NCBI GenBank assembly: GCA_036170915.1
Contig: JAVHQC010000029.1
Location: 1 to 64,000 of the forward strand
Direction of reading: 5' to 3'
Origin: Cyanobacteria bacterium auto_48_18
Lineage (GTDB): Bacteria; Cyanobacteriota; Vampirovibrionia; Obscuribacterales; Obscuribacteraceae
DNA: 64,000 nucleotides
Below the pieces are notes generated by a model, which was not told the DNA's origin, did no database searches, and saw only the letters and a program-made list of their open reading frames with translations. Position numbers and translations under genes: made by a program. This document shows, in pieces, positions 10,357-21,300 of the stretch; within the stretch, counting starts at the first letter, position 1; every line of letters starts with the position of its first letter.

Positions 10357-11353
10357 TGCGTTTATCATCAAATTTGGTAACAGCTGCAGCTCCCGCCATA
10401 TCCACCAACTCTTCACGCGCTATCAAAATCACCGACGAATCTGAGTTGCTCAAATAAATTTGCAAAATACTTTTTAAGCGATCGGAAGCTGAACGTACCA
10501 GATTGTACAGGGATATAACTTCCGCCTGTGTAAGGCGATTTAAATATTGCTTCTTACGTTTTTCAATAAGTTGCTCAGGCGAAAGAATCGAAGACCTTCG
10601 CACTGCCTCAAACGTTATATCATCAGCTCCCGGCTGGTTGATGTAAGGCCACCTCGGCAGATTTAAAAAAGAAGTTGATGTTGCAATTTTTTTGATGCCG
10701 AAAGGTGTTAAGTCTAGCCTCTGTAAAACAGAATCCCAGAGATCCGCGCAGCCCGCCTGAACTAGCGCACTATCCGGGATCGAAGCTTCCGCTATCGGTT
10801 GAAGGGCTTTGGCTCTCAAACTAACGACTTTGCCCACATCTCCATCAAGCAATACAACGGCGGGTAAACCTATCTCTGCGATTAAATAATCCCTCGCCTG
10901 TGCCCGCTTGGTCAGGTCATCCGTAAGTAAATAGCTCCGTACCTGGTAAAACAGTGAATCTTTTTGAACTACAAGCAATTCTTTAAGCGATAAAAGGTCC
11001 TGCCGCACCTCTTCCCATCTACGAGAACCTTTCGCGATACTTAAAACTTCGTCCGGTAGTGGCACTTCGTCTATTTCTTCCCTTACTGGTTCGTCAACGC
11101 CGATGGCGAGCAGCCAGGCTTCAAAAGCGGAGCTACGGCGGCCGTTCAAATACTTTTCTGCAAAGTGCTTAACCAAAGGGCTGGCTTCAATATACGGTTT
11201 CCAAACATCAGCGTAAGCCGTATTTAAAGCCCATCGATTTTCATTGCCGGCCAAACCAGGACCGGCGGGGCACAACAACGCCATTAAGAAAGCGACGCCC
11301 AATCGGAGAGACAATTTTCTCGCTATATACAATCTGTCTCCTTGAGCCGGCAT
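10343..11353 (-). CDS. Hypothetical exported alpha-helical protein, paralog of 9472-10356
   Basis: 336-aa ORF with a signal-like N-terminus (GLA-GN). AGCADLWDSVLQR and AREELVDMAGAAAVTKFD match the neighbour. Confidence 0.7.
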   Translation of the reverse strand: MPAQGDRLYIARKLSLRLGVAFLMALLCPAGPGLAGNENRWALNTAYADVWKPYIEASPLVKHFAEKYLNGRRSSAFEAWLLAIGVDEPVREEIDEVPLPDEVLSIAKGSRRWEEVRQDLLSLKELLVVQKDSLFYQVRSYLLTDDLTKRAQARDYLIAEIGLPAVVLLDGDVGKVVSLRAKALQPIAEASIPDSALVQAGCADLWDSVLQRLDLTPFGIKKIATSTSFLNLPRWPYINQPGADDITFEAVRRSSILSPEQLIEKRKKQYLNRLTQAEVISLYNLVRSASDRLKSILQIYLSNSDSSVILIAREELVDMAGAAAVTKFDDKRNAGK

Positions 11354-11370
11354 TCATTAAATGGTATCTG

Positions 11371-11517
11371 GGTCATATCAAAAAACTGAAGCGTGCACGC
11401 TACAGTCTTTGATATGACCACCGACACGCTTTAATCTTCCAGACTATGACCATCGACAACTGAAGCGTGCACGTTTCAGTTTGGAAAGATTAAGGTCACC
11501 CGGCTAAGTTTTAGTCT
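11371..11517. repeat. Cluster of REP-like palindromes (two cores plus GTCACCCGG companion motif)
   Basis: 49-bp hairpin 11371-11419 centred on AGCGTGCACGCT. Second core AACTGAAGCGTGCACGTTTCAGTT at 11458-11481. TAAGGTCACCCGGCTAAGTTTTAGTCT at 11491-11517 is near-identical to the reverse complement of 52692-52718. Confidence 0.85.
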
Positions 11518-11614
11518 CACATAGCATCATAGAGCCACTTTAACCATTGGCAACTGCCATTGTGGCTTCCGGCTCTGGTTTCCACAAGCAAAAAGCTGTA
11601 TCTTTCTAAGAGTT

Positions 11615-12757
11615 ATGCTAACCAGTACTCCACAGAAGAATGCAGGCTTAAAGCAAGGCATCAAATTTGCACTGAGCAGTTTTGTGGTTGCCCTCGTACT
11701 GTTCTATCTCTGCAATTTCCTTGTCACCTTCATTTATCACAACGAACCTGAAGCAAATGATGTCTGGATTGAAGAAGCACATACGGCCACCAGCGGTTTT
11801 TCACGCCTGGCTGCGCCGCCTGATGTGGTTTTTTTCGGCTCGTCCATGATTCGCTCACCCATGTGGTGCGCTGACCATACGCTCGACAAAAATATTTTCT
11901 ATTCCAATTACCACAAAACAAAATTCTTTGAGAAAGAGGCTAAAAGCGTCGGCATAGATTTAGTTGGATACAACATGGGCATTGACGGCGTCTACATTTC
12001 AGACATGCTTTTGCTTTTCGATCGCTTATTGGCAAAAAAACCACCAAAGTTACTTATTTGTGCAATCACACCGCGCGAATTTTTCACCAACTGGTTTCAA
12101 TCGGCCAAATCCACACCGGTTTATAAATTACTGTCGCAGCCATCAGACTATTTCCGCAACGGAAAGCTTTATTCAGCTGATGATCTAGATTGGTTCGACG
12201 GCGCGCTGACACAAGTGACGCCGATGAAGCGTGGCTCCACCCACTTTCAACAACAACTGACGAATTCATTACAAAGTCGCCTGAGCCCTGAGAAAAAAGA
12301 ACCGGCCGCCACTACGGCGACTTTTGCCACTCCCCAGAGTGCCTTTGCCCCGGGTGTTGCGAAATTAAAAAGTACTCTCACTGAAAAAGCCAAAGATACA
12401 AGCATGAAAGTGAAGATGCGGCTCTACAACAATCAAAAAGAGTGCCTGAAAGAACTGTTACGCAGCGCCACTAAACGCGGCGTGAAAGTTTTGATTGTGA
12501 GCATGCCATTGCCCAAGGTAATCAGCACTGAAATTCAACCAGCGCTGCAGGCCGACTATAGCGCCTTCTTGCGCCAAATCGAACAGAATGCGTCCGCCGA
12601 CGTTTTAGACCTCGAGTTCGATCCTGTGCTTTCGCAAAGAGACAACTTTATGGATGACTGGCATTTGAATGAAAAAGGCGGCATTGAGCTTATTCACCGT
12701 ATGGTCGAACACCTGAGCAAGAATCCTAGTAGCCTGGTCAAAAAAACTTCTCCTTAA
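11615..12757 (+). CDS. SGNH-hydrolase-like protein (DUF1574/AlgJ/DltD-like), paralog 3
   Basis: TM anchor, PDVVFFGSSMI, ITPREF, IVSMPL and FMDDWHLNEKGG. Confidence 0.75.
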   Translation: MLTSTPQKNAGLKQGIKFALSSFVVALVLFYLCNFLVTFIYHNEPEANDVWIEEAHTATSGFSRLAAPPDVVFFGSSMIRSPMWCADHTLDKNIFYSNYHKTKFFEKEAKSVGIDLVGYNMGIDGVYISDMLLLFDRLLAKKPPKLLICAITPREFFTNWFQSAKSTPVYKLLSQPSDYFRNGKLYSADDLDWFDGALTQVTPMKRGSTHFQQQLTNSLQSRLSPEKKEPAATTATFATPQSAFAPGVAKLKSTLTEKAKDTSMKVKMRLYNNQKECLKELLRSATKRGVKVLIVSMPLPKVISTEIQPALQADYSAFLRQIEQNASADVLDLEFDPVLSQRDNFMDDWHLNEKGGIELIHRMVEHLSKNPSSLVKKTSP

Positions 12758-12830
12758 ATTTGGGCGACAAAGCACCGCTTTGCCCTTTCTTCGTTGACTT
12801 AGAAGCTTTTGTGACATACGCTCATAACAG

Positions 12831-14879
12831 GTGGTGGGCAGTGCGGCGAGTAAGTTATTGCCAAAGACAAGCAGCGCTGAAATAAATGAGTCCATTGACT
12901 TACTGGGCGAGCCTTCCGGCCGCCTGGCTTTAAGCTCAGAAGCCAGTCATGGCTACGTTCAGCTGGCAGTGAAAGAAGCTGCTTCTGTTTTCACCAGCAA
13001 CAAAAAAATCCAGTCAGAGGTCGGTCACTACGGGTCCGGTTTTCTCATAACCGCAGCGCTGTTTACTCCAGGCAAAATTGGTTTGGCCAGTACTGTTGTG
13101 CTTAGCGCCCTCGATCACGCCTCACCTGGTTCGTCTGGCGGAGCACAAATGGCAGACTTTGCCCTCGGCGCCCTCAAGGGTGCTGGTTTGCGGGGCATCA
13201 TGCATGGCATGGGCAGCAAATATATGCCTGAAATGGTCGCCAACTCAGCGGCCTTAAAAGGGGTGGCATTTGGATTTTCCAACCGAGCACTCGAATCGGT
13301 GCTCACCAGGGAAAACTATTTAGACGGTAAAGGCAATATCAGTGGTGCTACATTTGGTGCCAATTTTACCCGCGAAGTGGCTAATCCCAGGGCACTGGTG
13401 AGTGATGCAGCTACGTTTGTTGCAGCTCACGGTTTATTTAAAGGAGCAGCGAGACTGAGCCCTCAATTGTTCGAGCGCAGCGTGGTAGCGCAAACAATGA
13501 CTACCAGTGCCAGCTTTGGTTTGTCAAACGGTGCCAGCGGAGAAATTATTCGTCAGCAAGATGCTAACGAAAAGTTTGACCTCAGTAAAGTAATTGGACG
13601 AGCACTGATTCAAGGTGGCATCGACGCCGTGGCCGGAGTGCCTGGTGGACTGCGAGCCCGGGCGATTGCGCGGCAAAATGACCAGAGTACGCAGACTAAG
13701 TCTGGCGAAGCCGAGATCAAAAAAGAAATTGATCCGTTGGGAGCACCAGGAGAAGTACACAGCACTTTCGCCCGTTCGAAAGAAAGCAGCCACGTAAACA
13801 TTGTCGGCGAAAACGAAACCGTGACAAGGTTTGTGCAAGTCGACAAAACACCCGACGTTTCTGCCGCAATTGCACAAATCGAAATAAACAAACAACGCAA
13901 GACTTTCATCGGCCCGCTGGAAAAAAATCATCAAGTGATTCGTGAACTCACCATTCCCGAACGTTCTCTGGCTCAGCAACCGGGCCGCGTCACTGGCTTT
14001 AAAACCGCGGTGGAAAAGCTAAATGAACGCAGTGAAACTGAGGGACCATTCACAAATTTTGACGATTTTTACAATCGCGGCCTATCAAAAGTTCCAACTG
14101 ACGTGCGCAAGTACACTATCGACAAACACACAGTAGAAGTGGTTATACCTACACGCTATGCTGAAAAATTAGACGACGTAGCAGCTAAGAAAGCCACCAC
14201 TACTGGTGCCGAGGATTACAGTAACAGAGTAGGACCGGCAGATCTTCCGCCGCTGCTCGACGCCATGCCCAACAGCGGATACTTCAAGCGCATCTTCATT
14301 TCAGATAAACGCAACCCTGAAGATGCGTGGGTGAGCCAGGGCGGTTATAACAAAGATTTCGTCTCGGCCATGTCAATGACTGACGGCGAATTAAATATGT
14401 ACAAAACAGAGCGCACTAACTATTTGAGACGCGACGTATTGCACGAATGGTCTCACGAATTGCGCTATCAATATTGGGACCACAACCTCACCTGGCGATT
14501 TGCTGATGCCATTAATCTTGAAGCCAAAGAGTACAGCTTGAGCAAATACGCTGACCGCAATAATGGCGAACAGTGGGCCGTCTTAGGCGAGCGCATGCTT
14601 GGAAATGATGCTAAAGCTTTTGTGGATGCTGCTGGGAACATGCCAATTAGAACACTGGTGTGGATGCGAGCTTTGAAGAAATCATTAGACACCGTACCAG
14701 CTGAAAACAAAAGTGTCGATCATGACGTCTATGTTGCCCGCCAAAATTATGTGGACAATACAGTACTGCCCCAAGCTGTAGCAAAGCTTGAGCAATATGT
14801 TAAAACCGGCAATGCCGATCAGCAATCTAGAGCGGCAAAGGTACTCGAGTTTCTCAAAGAAGAAGGCTTGATCAGGTAG
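12831..14879 (+). CDS. Hypothetical protein with a Gly/Ala-rich hydrophobic N-terminal half and a C-terminal HExxH zincin-like domain
   Basis: 682-aa ORF. VLHEWSH at about 14436-14456 with a downstream EQWA as candidate third ligand. Start codon uncertain. Confidence 0.7.
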   Translation: MVGSAASKLLPKTSSAEINESIDLLGEPSGRLALSSEASHGYVQLAVKEAASVFTSNKKIQSEVGHYGSGFLITAALFTPGKIGLASTVVLSALDHASPGSSGGAQMADFALGALKGAGLRGIMHGMGSKYMPEMVANSAALKGVAFGFSNRALESVLTRENYLDGKGNISGATFGANFTREVANPRALVSDAATFVAAHGLFKGAARLSPQLFERSVVAQTMTTSASFGLSNGASGEIIRQQDANEKFDLSKVIGRALIQGGIDAVAGVPGGLRARAIARQNDQSTQTKSGEAEIKKEIDPLGAPGEVHSTFARSKESSHVNIVGENETVTRFVQVDKTPDVSAAIAQIEINKQRKTFIGPLEKNHQVIRELTIPERSLAQQPGRVTGFKTAVEKLNERSETEGPFTNFDDFYNRGLSKVPTDVRKYTIDKHTVEVVIPTRYAEKLDDVAAKKATTTGAEDYSNRVGPADLPPLLDAMPNSGYFKRIFISDKRNPEDAWVSQGGYNKDFVSAMSMTDGELNMYKTERTNYLRRDVLHEWSHELRYQYWDHNLTWRFADAINLEAKEYSLSKYADRNNGEQWAVLGERMLGNDAKAFVDAAGNMPIRTLVWMRALKKSLDTVPAENKSVDHDVYVARQNYVDNTVLPQAVAKLEQYVKTGNADQQSRAAKVLEFLKEEGLIR

Positions 14880-14881
14880 TT

Positions 14882-17800
14882 TTAGACGGGAAAGAAAATG
14901 CCATGCTGAGCAAAATAAAGCCATGGTTTGAGCTCATGCCCAGTCAATTGGCGCAGATCATTAGTATAAGTTTTTAACTGTTCGCGGTGCTTACGCGCTT
15001 GCAACTCTACCTGCTCAGCAGGGAAGTGATCAGTCTTATAGTCGACCAAATGCCAGGAGCCTTGTGCATCTTCGAAAATCAGGTCGGGACGCCTTGGTTT
15101 CAGATCTGGCGTCGGCCCGTAGGACACGTCAATCAGATATGGCAATTCATGGCGTCTTTGCTGGCTATCAGATAACAAGCCATGGAGGCGGCTGCCATAA
15201 TATATTTCCAGCAATCTCTCGCCTTCGTCCACAAGTTGCTTCAAAAGTTCGTGATGTGACACCATGGCGCCCTGGGTAAAAGCAATGTCTGAAATCCACT
15301 CTCTGTCGACCCTGCGGCCAGATGGTGGCAAATTTTCCATGAGCGCGTGAAAGAATGTACCGAGAGTAGTAGCATTTAAAATAACGCTATTGCGATCACC
15401 AATTAATTCACTGTTCATCTGTGGTGCAATGCGCGGCGTAATACGAGAGCGTCCCAACTCGTTTACTTTCAGCTCCGCAAGATTGACATGAGAGGGCTCG
15501 AGCAACAGCAACTTTTGCGCTTGCCCTGATTGCTCAGCTGCAGGCATTTCAATTTCAATAGTCGCCTCAACGGCTGCCGCAAAACCAGTGGCGGTGCTCA
15601 AGTTGTAAGGCGCCACGACACCATCAGAGCGCGAGCTTATACTGAGCGGTATGCAATCATCTGGGCCAGGGCGCACCGCATCATCTTGATCAAGACCCAG
15701 CACTTCCATGATCCATTGTCGATATGATTCAGATCTTCTAAATGGTGCCGAGAAAAATATGCCGAGATTGTCGCGAGCGCGCGTCATAGAAACATACAGC
15801 AGACGCTTCTTCTCTTCCCTCTCCATCTGTTTATCTAGATAACTGGCCACCAGATACCAGGCCGGTTTATCCTGTTCATCGAGGCGGGTGCTGTTATATG
15901 CAACACCGTAACTGGGATGATAAACGAGACGATCAGTATTGCGCAACAATTGCCCACCAAGGCAGGGCAATGCCACCACCGGAAATTCTAAACCCTTGCT
16001 GGCATGCACTGTCATAAGCTTTACGGCATCAGCACTGTCTAGTGGTGCCTCCGATTCGCGCATACCAAACTCACGCATCAGCGCCAACCTGCGCGCAAAC
16101 TCTCCACAAGACAAATGCTCATGCTCTGATGCCAGATGGGCCATTTTCCAGACATTGCGCGATCGTTGTTTGCCGTCGGGTGCAGCCAGCATTGCCAGAT
16201 CGTAACCTGTAGAATCGATTATCTTTTGTACCAGATCACCCAGCGGCAAAAGTGCCTCATATTCCAACAAATTGCGCAATTGTCTCACGGCTAAAGTGAG
16301 CTGCTCAAGACCGACTTCACGTGTTCGCACTAACTTCAATAAGGTTGGCCAGAGCGGCTCGCCCACGTCTTCAGTAATGACGCGGTGCAGCAAATCATCA
16401 CTGATGGAACAAAACGGCGAGCGCAACACCGCTAGAAGCGAATGACTGTCTTTTGGATTGTCGAGGAAGCGAAAAAGATTTTCAAAATCTGACACTTCTT
16501 GTCTGCGCAAAAACCCGCTGCCGCCGAAAGTAACATATGGAATATCCAGCTGAGCAAACATGGCTTCAAACGAAGCAAAGTCGCTGTTACGTACTACTAG
16601 CACTGCACAGTCACCATAAGTAATGGGCCTGATGCCACCACTTTTTGCCGCTATTTTATAACCACTCTCTACTTTCGTCTTCAGCCAGCGCCCCACCTGA
16701 TGCGCTTCATATAGAGCAGCGGTGAGCCCGCGTGCTTCTTCTTCCACTTCTAAATCAAGCATCATTACTTCTACGGCCGCTTGACTAGAAGTATTTGCAC
16801 CTTCATCCAAATCTACTGTAACGGTTTCTTCCGGCAGTTCGTCTGCAGTAATCAAATCCATTATGCGTGCCGGTTCCAGCGCTTCAAACGCAGCCACGTA
16901 TGGCATCACTTCAGGGTCACCGTCGAGCAAGTGATCGAAAATGGCATTGACGAACGAAACCACTTCAGGATGACTGCGAAACGAGCGAGTCAGCTTCGTC
17001 ACAATCGAAGAGCCTGTCAGCGAAGAAGTTTCATTCTTAAATAGCAACTTCCATTTATTGAAAGTGGCAACATCAGCGCCCTGGAATTTAAAAATTGATT
17101 GTTTGTCGTCACCAATCAAAAACACTCGAGTTTTTGCACCGGCCAGAAGCGAAAGCATGGTGGCCTGTATGTCGTTAGTATCTTGAAACTCATCTACTAA
17201 AAGCGCTTGCAGCTTTTCGTTAAAATATGCGCGCGACTGGCTGCCCTCTTTTTCCAGGCACTGGCAGGCCAGGCTGATCAAATCATTGTAGTCAACTGCA
17301 GTAAGGTCTCGTTTGTGCGACTCATACAGTGACAGGGCCCGCTCAAATAGTTTGATCATGCCTAAGGCCAGAGCGAAACCTTTGTCGTCTTCGGCATTAA
17401 GAGCAGAGGGAATTTTTCCGGCCATGGCTTTTGCCTGGTCACGCATAGTCATTAAAGCTTTGCGCAAGTCTTTTGCTTCAGGTTTGTTGCCGCCAATATT
17501 GCCAATAGATATTGTTGCAATGGCAATCAAGGCCTGCCACTTCGAGCCATTATTACTAGGGTTGTTATCAAGATCGGCATCAAGACCGGCAAAAAGATCC
17601 TGGCAATAGCCAAGCAGTTCTTCGCGCACCGGATTGAGCTTATTAGCCACATCAGGCATAGAGTTGGCTCGCAAATAATCAAAAGCACGATTAAAATCAC
17701 GATTGTTTGAAAGAGTTGATAGCGCACCACGATGAATTTCAGCCAGTACTTTCTCGGCCTGGCTACGCATCGCCTCAACAGTCAAATCTTCAAATGCACT

Positions 17801-18391
17801 ATACGATTGTCTAAACTGCATAGAGCCTTTAATTAGACGATTGAGTTGAGTTTGTACGTCGTCAATTGAAAAATCTTGCAGCAAGTCGTGTTCGTATGAT
17901 TCAATGCCTGACTGAGATTGCTCAATAACCGTTTTAAGCGCACGCTCAATGCTCTCTTGCAAAAGTTCTGCTTGAGTTAACTCGTCTAAGACTTCAAATT
18001 GCGGGTCAATACCGCAGTCGGCAGGATGACTCTTTAAAATCGCTTCGCACAAAGAGTGAATAGTGCCAATGCGAGCGCTGTCGACTTCGGCCAGGCAGGC
18101 CAGCCAGCGCTCACGCTCAGAATCTTGTTCATAATCTTGGTCAGAATCTTGTTTAAGATCTTCCTGGCTGAGCGCCAGAAAGCGAGCTTTTAAACGCGTG
18201 CGCATTTCGGCAGCGGCCTTGCGAGTAAAAGTGACGGCGATGATATTAGCCAGGGTACAGTCAGGGTAACGGCGCAAAGTTTCTACGTAGCGCTCAACTA
18301 AAACATGAGTCTTGCCTGAGCCAGCGCCGGCTGATACCAGCACATTTTTATCCACCATGTCAACGGCTTGCTTTTGTTGCTCAGTCAGCAT
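14882..18391 (-). CDS. addA: ATP-dependent helicase/nuclease subunit A (AddA/UvrD-RecB type)
   Basis: LTEQQKQAV, AGAGSGKT Walker A, TFTRKAA, VDEFQDT, GDDKQSIFKFQGA, MTVHASKGLEF, YVSMTRA and a C-terminal PDL...VDYKT nuclease. ATG 18391 overlaps the addB stop region. Confidence 0.9.
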   Translation of the reverse strand: MLTEQQKQAVDMVDKNVLVSAGAGSGKTHVLVERYVETLRRYPDCTLANIIAVTFTRKAAAEMRTRLKARFLALSQEDLKQDSDQDYEQDSERERWLACLAEVDSARIGTIHSLCEAILKSHPADCGIDPQFEVLDELTQAELLQESIERALKTVIEQSQSGIESYEHDLLQDFSIDDVQTQLNRLIKGSMQFRQSYSAFEDLTVEAMRSQAEKVLAEIHRGALSTLSNNRDFNRAFDYLRANSMPDVANKLNPVREELLGYCQDLFAGLDADLDNNPSNNGSKWQALIAIATISIGNIGGNKPEAKDLRKALMTMRDQAKAMAGKIPSALNAEDDKGFALALGMIKLFERALSLYESHKRDLTAVDYNDLISLACQCLEKEGSQSRAYFNEKLQALLVDEFQDTNDIQATMLSLLAGAKTRVFLIGDDKQSIFKFQGADVATFNKWKLLFKNETSSLTGSSIVTKLTRSFRSHPEVVSFVNAIFDHLLDGDPEVMPYVAAFEALEPARIMDLITADELPEETVTVDLDEGANTSSQAAVEVMMLDLEVEEEARGLTAALYEAHQVGRWLKTKVESGYKIAAKSGGIRPITYGDCAVLVVRNSDFASFEAMFAQLDIPYVTFGGSGFLRRQEVSDFENLFRFLDNPKDSHSLLAVLRSPFCSISDDLLHRVITEDVGEPLWPTLLKLVRTREVGLEQLTLAVRQLRNLLEYEALLPLGDLVQKIIDSTGYDLAMLAAPDGKQRSRNVWKMAHLASEHEHLSCGEFARRLALMREFGMRESEAPLDSADAVKLMTVHASKGLEFPVVALPCLGGQLLRNTDRLVYHPSYGVAYNSTRLDEQDKPAWYLVASYLDKQMEREEKKRLLYVSMTRARDNLGIFFSAPFRRSESYRQWIMEVLGLDQDDAVRPGPDDCIPLSISSRSDGVVAPYNLSTATGFAAAVEATIEIEMPAAEQSGQAQKLLLLEPSHVNLAELKVNELGRSRITPRIAPQMNSELIGDRNSVILNATTLGTFFHALMENLPPSGRRVDREWISDIAFTQGAMVSHHELLKQLVDEGERLLEIYYGSRLHGLLSDSQQRRHELPYLIDVSYGPTPDLKPRRPDLIFEDAQGSWHLVDYKTDHFPAEQVELQARKHREQLKTYTNDLRQLTGHELKPWLYFAQHGIFFPV

Positions 18392-21300
18392 TGTCGCTCT
18401 CTCCGCCAAGTTCGGTGATACGGCAAAGCTGCTTGTGATCGCAGTGTTTGCAAGAATCTGGGCTACTGGGGTTGACGCTAAAGTCACCACCTTTAATGGC
18501 AGAGACAAATTCACCAATGTAATTTTGGGTCAAGCCGATATAATCTTCGCCATCCTGAAAATCAATCTGGCCAATCTGTTCGCCTGATGAGAAGCTAAGA
18601 AACTGTCCGCTTTTCACCTGTGTGTTGCCATTGGCTAAAATGGCATGCTGCACGGCCATGGCATAAACTGGCAGTTGCATATTGCGACCGGCCAAAGTTT
18701 CTCTTTTACTGATTGCTCCTGAACTCGACTTATAGTCGATTACTTTCACTCTTCCGTCAGCGGCGATATCAATGCGATCTACGCGGCCATGCATTTTGAT
18801 TTCAGTGCCATTAGTGCGCAATGTCAGTGCTGGAGCTGAGTCACCGTCTCTAAAACCAAAGCCCTTTTCAAAATAGGTGGGCACAAACTCACCATTATTT
18901 CTGGCAGCGCGTTCTTTTTCTTTAGCAAAAAAGCGCCTTAGCCTGAATGAAATTTCTTGTTTCTCATACTGCCAGAAATCAGTACGGCGGAATTTGCGAC
19001 TCTGTTCAAGCCAGCCTATGGCAAGTTCAATACTCTGCTCAAAGATGGTTTGCACACGCCCGTGGTTGCTATCTAAAATACTTAGTGACTGGCTTTGCAA
19101 CTCAAGATAGAAAAATTCTAGCGCTTTGTGATAGACCTCTCCCAGTAGCCGAGAATCTAAACCGAGCTCGGGCTCTTCTACAGGCGCGATTTTGAGCATA
19201 TGAGAAACCCAAAAGCGAAACGGGCATTTGCCATAATCGTTGAGTTTACTGACGCTCCACATCTCAGGGGTTTTAACGCTAATTAAACCGAGACCCACTT
19301 GTTCTGTCAGTTTGCCGTTCAGCTCACCAAATGGTCCCCGGCGTGCTTCAGTGCGTGCCTGCACCGTAGCAAATGGCAATTCGAGCCCGGCCAAAAATTG
19401 ACGCACGCTCGGAGGCAATTTGTCTAAATTTTCCATGGCCCGGCGACCACTGAGCCAGAGCCAGCCGGCGCCGAACTCTTGAGCCGACGTAGGGGCACGC
19501 AATGCCTCTACCCGCGGTGCGCGGAAAGTAATCTGCCTGGCTACGGCTTCATCTCCACGAGTAAGGAAAAACGAAGGCATTAGCTCTTCGCCACTCATTT
19601 CATGCATGGGGCATGACTGGCAAAGTTTGTCGCTGGCGCGCTCAACCAAAGACTCATACAAAGAGGGTTCGAACGATTGATGATGACGTGGATTTTCTAT
19701 GTCAATTCCGTATGAAAGCCACTTGCGCACTTCGTCTCGGCTGAGAAATCCGGCCTGGTCAGAGCGCCTGGGAAATTCGCCTTCATTGAGACCAGCCATA
19801 ATAATCACCTTATAGCGGCGATTAGGCACCAGGTCGGCACTACATACGGTGATGGCTTCTTTGCTGATTTTGGGTCTTCTGAAATTGGCTTGGTCTAAAA
19901 CATGTTCTAGCCTTTTGAAAAAGACCGCATAAGTTTGCAGTTGCGGCCCGTAAGCGTGAGTAAGAAGGCTTTCTTCCATCACCAGATTAGCTAATACTTG
20001 CCTGAACTCAAATAAAGCCTGATGCTCTTCCCAGCTCACCAGCGGGTCGCTAAATTCTTCATCGTTAGGCAAAACCAATAAATCATCAATCAGATCTTCA
20101 ACAAAAGCCACATGCTCGGTGAGGCTTTTCTCGGTAGATACCGATTGAGCATTACGTTCCATAGAAAGGCGCTCAATCAATTTGCCCAACTTCAGAGCCC
20201 AACGCCAGTCAGAAGCGCCCTTAACCGTCAGGGAGGAGAGAGATTGATCATCTATCTCTTCAATTTCTGCCGGTGAGAGGCCAAGATAAGCGCGATTAAA
20301 AAATGGGCTGGCTAGGGTGCGCACAACATCTTGTCGGCCGAAATCTGAAATAGGTAAATGCAAAAGTCGGCGCAGATATCGCACCAGCGGCAGACTGCCA
20401 AGCTCGATGGGTTGGTCAAGAAAATAATTTACTTGGGCGCGTTCAAAAGCGGCGCGAATGGCTGTTATATAAGGGCTAAGTGACCGTGCCACCACAATAA
20501 TTTCATCAGCGGCATAGCCATCAACCAAACATTTTTTCGCTTCGCGGGCAATCTCTTCCATTTCCATCAAACGGTCGAGAGTTTTAAAATTGAGCACTTC
20601 GGCTTTTTTGGCACCACTATTAGTTGTAAAAGCGGTTTGCTTTAGAGCGCCACCAAAAGCCTCTTTCATTTCCTTGAGTGATTTATCTTTCCATGAATAA
20701 TTGACTTCATTCGCCACATAATCAAATGCAATAATATTGCGCTCCGATTGCCTGGCTATTCCACTCAGAACCTGCAGCTGTAGCCGATTAAAGCGGTCAA
20801 AACCATCTGTGGCCAGAAGCCCGATATTGAGCACATCAGGCTCGAGCTTATTTAAAATTTCTCTGGTTTTGTAAGCTAATTTACGCTCGTCAAAAACATT
20901 CAAACCTTCGAGCTCAAGCCAGTATGCCTCATATACTCGACCAAGTTCCATGTAGCGAGCGTCGCTGGCGGCAACCTTTTTTAATTGCGAAATTACTTCA
21001 GCAGGAGAAAAACCAGCGCGCTCAAGTTCGTCTATAAGTTCGAGCATAAAAGCATGGGTGCCGGCAAAATCGGCAATTGATTCTAGGCCGGTCAGTCGTC
21101 CTGACGCTTTTACTTTTTCGATTGCCTTGACAAGAATGGCCGGGCGAATGCCATCAGGAATTAAGCGAAAACCGCATCCTGCCTGCCGCAAAACCTGGTG
21201 GCAGAGATCATAGAAAGGCAAAATTTTCAGGCCTACCAGGCCGGCTTTGACCGGCAAAGCAGCATTGAGCATAGAGGCGTCGCTACCATTGTCGGTGCGA

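Noticed and set aside
11371..11517. Palindromic repeats as a CRISPR array
   Set aside because: Only two cores per locus, no regular repeat-spacer periodicity, copies dispersed, and no cas genes.
18392..18517. Longer addA start from the ORF track
   Set aside because: It overlaps the addB Cys-rich C-terminus; the canonical MLTEQQ start at 18391 is preferred.
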